Below, in pieces: positions 8,687 to 14,016 of a stretch of 19,405 nucleotides of DNA (position 1 is the first letter of the stretch; every line of letters begins with the position of its first letter). The stretch lies in the UHGV virus genome UHGV-0147800, one strand, 5' to 3'. The notes under the pieces were generated by a model. The model made no database searches and was not told where the DNA came from. It saw only the letters and a program-made list of their open reading frames with translations. The DNA is from a virus. A program made the position numbers and the translations under genes.

Positions 8687-8819
8687 TCTTTGGGACTCCT
8701 GGCTGATTAAGTATGTCGATAAGGCGTTTCCATCCGTCACGTAATTTACGGGTGATTCGTTCAAGTAAAGATTCGGAAGGGCAGCCAGCAACAGGCCACC
8801 CTGCAATGGCATATTGCAT
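8679..8819 (-). CDS. cIII: CIII (FtsH inhibitor stabilising cII)
   Basis: ATG at 8817-8819 with SD AAGGAG. Product MQYAIAGWPVAGCPSESLLERITRKLRDGWKRLIDILNQPGVPKNG matches recalled lambda CIII over its whole length, though 46 aa versus about 54. Confidence 0.85.
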   Translation of the reverse strand: MQYAIAGWPVAGCPSESLLERITRKLRDGWKRLIDILNQPGVPKNG

Positions 8820-8880
8820 GGTGTGCTCCTTATTTATACATAACGAAAAACGCCTCGAGTGAAGCGTTATTGGTATGCAT

Positions 8881-8906
8881 ATAAAAAGGCCCTCACACTG
8901 GAGGGC
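8881..8906 (-). terminator. Putative intrinsic terminator (tL-like) between the 207-aa gene and cIII
   Basis: Minus strand reads GCCCTC-CAGTGT-GAGGGC followed by CTTTTTAT. Confidence 0.5.
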
Positions 8907-9040
8907 AAAGAAGATTTCCAATAATCAGAACAAGTCGGCTCCTGTTTGGTTACGAGCGACATTGCTCCGTGTATTCACTCGTTGGAATGAATACACAGTG
9001 CAGTGTTTATTCTGTTGTTTATGCCAAAAATAAAGGACGA

Positions 9041-9664
9041 TTATGCGACCTCGGAAGGAAGTCCAATCATCTTATTCAAATCTTCTACCCGTAAAGCAGG
9101 AAGTGCTGTACTTGCTTTATCTGCTTCTTTTGGTAGCAACTCTTTGCTTTCAGGCCAAACTTCAATAAGTCGCTTAACTGTTGTGACTGAGTTCAAAGCA
9201 GCCCATACATTTGATTCGATATCCTTTTTCTTGGCTTCAAGTTTTTGTTGCAATGCGCAGATTTCATCAAACCTTTTTGTTATTTCGTGTTCTGCGCTAA
9301 ACATGCATTTATCTTTGGTCGGAGTAGGGAGCAATATATCTTCGCCGTTGCCGTCTTTCCCATATGAATACCAGCCAACCCTTCTGCCAGATACAGTCAG
9401 ATAAATTGAAGTTGAACGGGCATCGCATGAGTAAAATGAACATCCCAGCTTTTCAAGTTCTTCGCTTATAGCCATTAACTTGGATGATAACTGATCCACT
9501 TCCTCAGTTTTCTTTTTACCGCCAAACGCAACAACTCTGGCGTCAAGTGCAAGCTGGTTCTTTAACTTTGTTACTTCTTCAAGCTCAGTGAAAACCCCAG
9601 ATTTAATTAAAGCGTTACGAGCGATTTTCTCTTTCATTCTCGTAGTTAAGCGGATTGATGACAT
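9041..9664 (-). CDS. Hypothetical protein (207 aa) in the ral/sieB-equivalent slot just downstream of N
   Basis: ATG at 9662-9664 preceded by GAGAGGAA. Product MSSIRLTTRMKEKIARNALIKSGVF... is soluble with no recognisable motif. The track ORF extends 20 codons further upstream without an RBS. Confidence 0.7.
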   Translation of the reverse strand: MSSIRLTTRMKEKIARNALIKSGVFTELEEVTKLKNQLALDARVVAFGGKKKTEEVDQLSSKLMAISEELEKLGCSFYSCDARSTSIYLTVSGRRVGWYSYGKDGNGEDILLPTPTKDKCMFSAEHEITKRFDEICALQQKLEAKKKDIESNVWAALNSVTTVKRLIEVWPESKELLPKEADKASTALPALRVEDLNKMIGLPSEVA

Positions 9665-9675
9665 ATTAATTCCTC

Positions 9676-9998
9676 TCAAATAAGTGGTTTGCTGCCTAAT
9701 TTCATTTTCTGGCGACCAACACAAGTCATCTTGCTGTCAGTTGTTTGGATTTCCGGTAGCCTGCCGCGTAAAGAGCTACATTTGGAAGACAAGTTGAGCC
9801 TTCATATTTTCTGGTCAACGTTGTCAGTGTTATTACTTCTGCTCTCATTGCTGGTTTGCGCTTGCATTGCAAGACCACTCGAGAGGGGGTTGGTCTGTGT
9901 AGCTTGTCGGAGCTAATCGCCTCCTGACTTTGCAGGTTTGCGCGACGAGCTCTACGACGAGAAGCTGAGGTGCCTTTAAATTCTGTTTTTCTGGACAT
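9676..9998 (-). pseudogene. N: N-like transcription antiterminator, apparently frameshifted
   Basis: ATG at 9996-9998 with SD GGGAGGAA. N-terminus MSRKTEFKGTSASRRRARRANLQSQ carries an arginine-rich motif like lambda N. The in-frame ORF stops at 9726, but the conserved N C-terminus (MTCVGRQKMKLGSKPLI, compare lambda GITCSGRQKIKGKSIPLI) is encoded in the -1 frame ending at TGA 9676-9678, just before the RBS of the next gene. Confidence 0.55.
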
Positions 9999-10096
9999 AG
10001 ATTCCTCCCGAATAAACTTTGGTGATGCAATCTCGAAGCTCCTCCTGAGACGGTTGCTTCGGCATTGCATCCCACAGCTTATGTGGTTGGGTGATC

Positions 10097-10142
10097 TGGC
10101 TTTTCAGCCACGTAGTCGAGAGTCGACGTTGTTTAAAGAGCC
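10097..10142 (-). promoter_or_regulatory. nutL (boxA plus boxB-like hairpin)
   Basis: Minus strand has boxA-like GGCTCTTTAAAC (plus 10131-10142), an intervening hairpin GTCGA-CTC-TCGAC, and a boxB-like hairpin TGGCT-GAAA-AGCCA (plus 10097-10110). Same three-part layout as downstream of cro. Confidence 0.5.
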
Positions 10143-10189
10143 TGCCAATCTTTTCCGTTTGGCTACCAGCGTCCTGCTGATGGAAATAA

Positions 10190-10250
10190 TAGTCACATAT
10201 TGTGATTTAATGGTCAATCACAAAATGTGTAAAATAAGGGTGTGACACGT
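10190..10250 (-). promoter_or_regulatory. oL/pL operator-promoter region
   Basis: 22-bp palindrome TGTGATTtaatggtcAATCACA at 10201-10222 and motif AATCACAAAATGTGT, both shared with the cI-cro intergenic region. Candidate leftward promoter TTGACC-17-GACTAT (compare lambda pL TTGACA/GATACT). Confidence 0.5.
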
Positions 10251-10470
10251 TATGTGTATGATTTTTTTGTGTAAATAGTTTTCCCCGCGATGGGTTTGCT
10301 TACTTAAGGCGGGGGAAACAGCAGGATGGTGTGCTGAAAAGTTCGAAAAACGAGCGAAGTAGGTGGTGACGAGATGGCGGGATATGGGAGTTGTATTAAG
10401 AATTATAGTAATTTAATCAGAGGCTTGGGCTGGCTGGCAGGTGCTGTCCTGATAGTTATGTGCAGGCAAC

Positions 10471-10497
10471 AAAAAACCCGGCGCGGAAGCCGGGTTA
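10471..10497 (-). terminator. Intrinsic terminator ending the cI-orf144-orf206 transcription unit
   Basis: Minus strand reads CCCGGC-TTCC-GCGCCGGG followed by TTTTTTGTTG, 5 nt after the orf206 stop. Confidence 0.65.
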
Positions 10498-10502
10498 ATG
10501 CG

Positions 10503-11123
10503 TTAATGCTGGGGAGTGATTTTTTTGTTGTCTGTTGGCTGGGTATTTTGTGGCGGCGCTTGCAAAGTGGAAGGCTGTTGCAAAGGTGCGTGGTCTGACT
10601 TTAAAGCTGATACCAGCCCGGGAATCGCAACTATTACAGCGATAATGACACTAAAAATGGCTAATCGTATAGAAATACCCGACTGAACACCACTAATTGC
10701 GGTATTAACCCCTGTTATTTGTCCTTGAATTCCTTCGAATCTCCCATTAATTGCTTTTATATCGCCAGCAGCGCTATCCATCTTTCCATCGATCTTGGAC
10801 GATAGAGAGCTTATGGCTGCATTAAGTGATGCAAATTGGACATTAACGCTTTCACGAGATAGAGCCATGTCAGCCCTAATGGAGGAAGCAATAGACTCCA
10901 TCTCTGCTTTATTAGCAGCTAAGCGAGCATCAAGTTCCTCTCTGCTGATCGTTCCCACTTCTTCCTCCGTTTGTGGCGGTTTTATGTAATTATTTTGCAC
11001 CTTGGTGGGAGAATTATCAAATTCAGCCTCAAAATCAGAACCGCCAACAACCTTCAACCTCCGGCTTTCAGATATGTTGGTGTCTTGCTTTCCATGATTA
11101 TTTAAATTACTGTCGTCACTCAT
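10503..11123 (-). CDS. Hypothetical coiled-coil protein with a single C-proximal transmembrane helix (206 aa)
   Basis: ATG at 11121-11123 overlapping the stop of the upstream gene (ATGA). Polar N-terminus, long heptad-like region, hydrophobic helix LAIFSVIIAVIVAIPGLVSAL, then a Pro/Gln-rich tail. AT-rich compared with cI. Confidence 0.75.
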   Translation of the reverse strand: MSDDSNLNNHGKQDTNISESRRLKVVGGSDFEAEFDNSPTKVQNNYIKPPQTEEEVGTISREELDARLAANKAEMESIASSIRADMALSRESVNVQFASLNAAISSLSSKIDGKMDSAAGDIKAINGRFEGIQGQITGVNTAISGVQSGISIRLAIFSVIIAVIVAIPGLVSALKSDHAPLQQPSTLQAPPQNTQPTDNKKITPQH

Positions 11124-11554
11124 AATAGCTCTACGGTGAAAAATGATTCATTTTTATGAAGTTCATTTTTAGGGTCTTCATTATCTTGCAATATCCCTAT
11201 AACACTATACAGCCCTTTAGCTGGGACCCTAATTTCTTTCAATGTTACTATTACCTGTCCGCCAACCCCTGTTTCAAAATGGCTATCTTTCGTATCGATG
11301 AAAAGTGAAACTGATTCCGAAGAGCCGTCAGGGAATTGAATTTCCTCACCTTTTTTTATAATTAGGTGCGCGGGGATTACCATAATACCCAAATTATATC
11401 TTGAATTTGGTTTCAACCCGATCATACCAACCCTGAAATCAATCGATAGCCGCGCAGGAAATTCATTGCATGTAAAATTAAGCGTCGGTTGGTTGGGTTC
11501 TTCGCTGCTATCAAATGGGGTTATAAAAGATATTCTTTCTAAATTAAGTGCCAT
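11120..11554 (-). CDS. Hypothetical soluble protein (144 aa), first gene after cI
   Basis: ATG at 11552-11554 with strong SD (GCAGGAGAATTT-ATG). An alternative in-frame ATG at 11606-11608 overlaps the cI stop and would give 162 aa. No recognisable motif. Confidence 0.7.
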   Translation of the reverse strand: MALNLERISFITPFDSSEEPNQPTLNFTCNEFPARLSIDFRVGMIGLKPNSRYNLGIMVIPAHLIIKKGEEIQFPDGSSESVSLFIDTKDSHFETGVGGQVIVTLKEIRVPAKGLYSVIGILQDNEDPKNELHKNESFFTVELL

Positions 11555-11604
11555 AAATTCTCCTGCATCGCTGTATGCTCTACGAGCATCTCTGCGACCA
11601 TCCA

Positions 11605-12252
11605 TCATCCAAACGTCTCTTCAGGCCACTGAGCCTTAACTACCTTGCCTATGATGCGGCATGTGTGATCGCAGTCCAGGGTTCTGTATGCCGGATTCAA
11701 TGGAACCAAGTAACTAACCCCTGCATCCTTCTCATACTTCTTGAACGTTGCCTCTGAATCACCATTTGCAGAAGCCACGCAGAAATCCCCAGACTCTACC
11801 GGCTCGGCCGGATCAACGAGTATCAGCATACCCTCAGGAAAACTCGGCCTTACGCCCTGTGGCGCAGTCATAGAATGGCCTTTCACCTCAAGCCAGAAAG
11901 CTTTTTCGCTGGCTTTTGTGGTCGTTGGGACCCATGCCTTTGCATCGCTTGCTGTGTAGCTTCCAACCTCCGAAAACGGCCCGGCCTGCACTGAAGAAAA
12001 TAACGGGTACTCATATTGGCGAAATACAGCGTCTGAATCCTCGCCAAACATTATTTTTGCCGGAGATACGCCGAGTGCCGCCCCAAGAACCAGCGCGTCA
12101 TCCGCGCTAACCTTTCTTGTTCCTAACTCGTAGTTCCCCAGGCGTGAAGGCGCAGCCCAGCCGCAAAGCTTGGCCAATTGAGCCTGGCTAAGTCCTTTAG
12201 CTTCTCTAAGGGACTTGATCCTTTCCCCGATAATTTCATGCATCGTTTTCAT
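11605..12252 (-). CDS. cI: CI-type prophage repressor (HTH plus LexA-like S24 autocleavage domain)
   Basis: 215-aa ORF with N-terminal HTH ([22 protein letters not shown]) and C-terminal S24 peptidase features (Ala-Gly site in VQAGPF, GHSM serine motif, conserved lysine in IGKVVKAQW). Divergent from cro across an operator region. Confidence 0.9.
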   Translation of the reverse strand: MKTMHEIIGERIKSLREAKGLSQAQLAKLCGWAAPSRLGNYELGTRKVSADDALVLGAALGVSPAKIMFGEDSDAVFRQYEYPLFSSVQAGPFSEVGSYTASDAKAWVPTTTKASEKAFWLEVKGHSMTAPQGVRPSFPEGMLILVDPAEPVESGDFCVASANGDSEATFKKYEKDAGVSYLVPLNPAYRTLDCDHTCRIIGKVVKAQWPEETFG

Positions 12253-12360
12253 CCTTTAAATGTAACACGCAACGTGATTGAACTCTGTACACGAATTGAG
12301 GTTGACTGTTAATCACAAATTGTGTGTAATGGGTGTGTGATTAATACTAGGGAGACCGCA
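12253..12360. promoter_or_regulatory. oR operator region with PR (rightward) and presumed PRM (leftward)
   Basis: PR candidate TTGACT (12302-12307), 17-bp spacer, TGTAAT (12325-12330), then SD GGGAGA before cro. Operator-like half-sites AATCACA/TGTGATT and AATCACAAATTGTGTG recur here and in oL. Confidence 0.6.
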
Positions 12361-12579
12361 ATGAACAAAATTGCCCAGCAGCGAAAAAAAATCGGAGTTT
12401 CGCAAGCTGTACTGGCTTCGGCAATTGGTTGGGGGCAATCCCGCATCGCCAACTATGAGCTGAATATCCGTACTCCTAGACTTAACGATTGCCGAAAGAT
12501 CGTAGAAGGCCTCAGGAAGTTAGGGTGCCAATGTTCTTTGGATGATGTTTTCCCTCCATCCAGTAACAAAGCCGCCTAA
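12361..12579 (+). CDS. cro: Cro-like HTH repressor
   Basis: ATG at 12361 with SD GGGAGA. 72-aa product MNKIAQQRKKIGVSQAVLASAIGWGQSRIANYE... carries an HTH. The track ORF extends upstream through the promoter from a GTG without an RBS. Confidence 0.8.
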   Translation: MNKIAQQRKKIGVSQAVLASAIGWGQSRIANYELNIRTPRLNDCRKIVEGLRKLGCQCSLDDVFPPSSNKAA

Positions 12580-12587
12580 GCAGTACC

Positions 12588-12633
12588 CGCTCTTTGTAAC
12601 AACGGACATTCGTCCTACGTCGCTGAAAAGCGA
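12588..12633 (+). promoter_or_regulatory. nutR (boxA plus boxB-like hairpin)
   Basis: boxA CGCTCTTTG (12588-12596), small hairpin GGAC-ATTC-GTCC (12604-12615), boxB-like hairpin TCGCT-GAAA-AGCGA (12620-12633). A further hairpin ATGCGT-TTCC-ACGCAT follows (tR1 region). Confidence 0.5.
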
Positions 12634-12689
12634 GTCCCAAGATATCTGACCAACTAAGGCCATATGCGTTTCCACGCATACCTTTCAAC

Positions 12690-12745
12690 TAACTATTCAC
12701 TATTGGAAATATTAAGAAATGACACAAACAAGTTACAGCAAACTA
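12690..12745 (-). promoter_or_regulatory. Possible pRE-like cII-activated promoter
   Basis: Minus strand inside the cII 5' end reads TTGC-TGTAAC-TTGT, similar to the recalled lambda cII site TTGC-N6-TTGC. No clear -10 was identified. Confidence 0.25.
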
Positions 12746-13018
12746 TCCCAGCGCGACGTTGATCGCGCAGAAACGGATTTACTCATCAACCTGTCAACGC
12801 TTACCCAGCGCGGTCTGGCAAAGATGATTGGCTGTCATGAATCGAAGATAAGCAGAACGGACTGGAGATTTATTGCTTCGGTCTTGTGTGCTTTCGGAAT
12901 GGCATCAGACATCAGTCCGATTAGCAGGGCTTTTAAGTATGCGCTTGATGGACTCACCAATAAAAAACGCCCGGTGTGCAAGACCGAGCGTTCTGAACAA
13001 ATCCAGATGGAATTCTGA
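12719..13018 (+). CDS. cII: CII transcriptional activator
   Basis: 99-aa ORF whose C-terminus ...LDGLTNKKRPVCKTERSEQIQMEF matches recalled lambda CII (...TNKKRPAATERSEQIQMEF). Confidence 0.9.
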   Translation: MTQTSYSKLSQRDVDRAETDLLINLSTLTQRGLAKMIGCHESKISRTDWRFIASVLCAFGMASDISPISRAFKYALDGLTNKKRPVCKTERSEQIQMEF

Positions 13019-13041
13019 GGTCATTACTGGATCAATCCACA
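12962..13041 (-). ncRNA. OOP-like antisense RNA overlapping the cII 3' end
   Basis: Minus-strand promoter candidate TTGAGT-17-CATAAT near the O start and a minus-strand terminator in the cII 3' end (CGCTCGGT-CTTGCAC-ACCGGGCG then TTTTTTATT). Predicted transcript about 78 nt, as for lambda OOP. Confidence 0.45.
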
Positions 13042-13050
13042 GGAGTCATT

Positions 13051-13905
13051 ATGACAAATACAGCAAAAATACTCAACTTCTGCAGAGGTAACTTTGCCAA
13101 ACAGGAGCGTAATGTGGCAGATCTCGATGATGGTTACGCCAGACTATCAAATATGCTGCTTGAGGCTTATTCAGGCGCAGATCTGACCAAGCGACAGTTT
13201 AAAGTGCTGCTTGCCATTCTGCGTAAAACCTATGGGTGGAATAAACCAATGGACAGAATCACCGATTCTCAACTTAGCGAGATTACAAAGTTACCCGTCA
13301 AACGGTGCAATGAAGCCAAGTTAGAACTCGTCAGAATGAATATTATCAAGCAGCAAGGCGGCATGTTTGGACCAAACAAAAACATCTCAGAATGGTGCAT
13401 CCCTCAAAACGAGGGAAAATCCCCTAAAACGAGGGATAAAACATCCCTCAAATTGGGGGATTGCTATCCCTCAAAACAGGGGGACACAAAAGACACTATT
13501 ACAAAAGAAAAAAGAAATAATAAAAACACTATGTCCGAAAGTGTCCGGACGGAGTGTGAAAAATCATCTGACCGTCACGAAGAAACCGACAAGGCATTCG
13601 AGGAAATATTCTGGTGTGCAGGCATGCGGAAAGCCGGGAAAAAAAACGCAGCTTCGGCATTCAGAACACAGTTCAGGGAATGGCGTAAAACTACCAGGGG
13701 TACGGCAAGCGAGTTTGCCACGATGCTGGCAGAAGACATCGCATGCAGGAATGGTAAGCAGTTCGGATTCGACAGGTTGTTACCATCGAGCTACCTGAAC
13801 GGTCAGCGCTGGAACGACGAGAAGCCAGAAACTATTCAACCACAATCCAAACCATCATCCGCAATCACCGTATCGAAAACTGGCTACGTGTTTTTCGACA
13901 GGTGA
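13051..13905 (+). CDS. O: Replication initiator O (lambda O family, iteron-binding)
   Basis: 284-aa ORF with lambda O-like N-terminal domain, and the ori iterons lie inside the gene as in lambda. Confidence 0.9.
   Translation: MTNTAKILNFCRGNFAKQERNVADLDDGYARLSNMLLEAYSGADLTKRQFKVLLAILRKTYGWNKPMDRITDSQLSEITKLPVKRCNEAKLELVRMNIIKQQGGMFGPNKNISEWCIPQNEGKSPKTRDKTSLKLGDCYPSKQGDTKDTITKEKRNNKNTMSESVRTECEKSSDRHEETDKAFEEIFWCAGMRKAGKKNAASAFRTQFREWRKTTRGTASEFATMLAEDIACRNGKQFGFDRLLPSSYLNGQRWNDEKPETIQPQSKPSSAITVSKTGYVFFDR
13399..13530. repeat. Replication origin: four iterons plus AT-rich region
   Basis: Four about 19-bp palindromic iterons (ATCCCTCAAAACGAGGGA, TCCCCTAAAACGAGGGA, ATCCCTCAAATTGGGGGA, ATCCCTCAAAACAGGGGGA) at 13399-13485, then an A/T-rich stretch ACAAAAGAAAAAAGAAATAATAAAAACAC. 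Confidence 0.85.
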
Positions 13906-13908
13906 ACC

Positions 13909-14016
13909 ATGAAATCAAAAATCAAATCGTTACTGGTCGCTGGTTATAACCACGGCTGGTTAAGTATTTCGTTTGTCGATTTCTGGTTTAAAAATCTCAA
14001 TCTGAGGGAATCATGA
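13909..14016 (+). CDS. Small ORF (35 aa) between O and the primase-helicase
   Basis: ATG at 13909 preceded by AGGTGA (AGGTGAACC-ATG). Product MKSKIKSLLVAGYNHGWLSISFVDFWFKNLNLRES. Its stop overlaps the primase-helicase start (ATGA). Could instead be non-coding leader. Confidence 0.3.
   Translation: MKSKIKSLLVAGYNHGWLSISFVDFWFKNLNLRES

Noticed and set aside
9003-9404. 133-aa plus-strand ORF antisense to the 207-aa early gene
   Set aside because: It runs opposite to the surrounding operon, lacks a convincing RBS, and has a low-complexity Ser/Leu-rich product.
9676-9800. Programmed ribosomal frameshifting as the explanation for the split N reading frames
   Set aside because: No slippery heptamer or downstream stimulatory structure was seen in the overlap, and N is not known to use recoding, so a mutation or sequence error is the more economical reading.
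9726-10070. Track ORF giving a 114-aa N protein from the first in-frame ATG at 10070
   Set aside because: The upstream extension has no RBS and overlaps the nutL/leader region, whereas the ATG at 9998 has a strong SD (GGGAGGAA) and begins directly with the arginine-rich motif.
10374-10598. 74-aa plus-strand ORF with an SD-like AGGTGG, running through the cI-operon terminator into the antisense of orf206
   Set aside because: It reads through a strong terminator hairpin and into the antisense of a coupled gene, so it is probably spurious, although the RBS-like sequence keeps it from being excluded completely.
13399-13485. Tandem about 19-bp repeats that could be mistaken for a CRISPR array or generic tandem repeat
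   Set aside because: There are only four copies, they are palindromic, they lie inside the O gene and an AT-rich segment follows, which is the classic lambda-type iteron origin.
13367-13798. 143-aa plus-strand ORF overlapping O in another frame
   Set aside because: It is an alternate frame of a well-supported gene, and its K/R-rich product is typical of off-frame translation of the iteron and AT-rich origin region.
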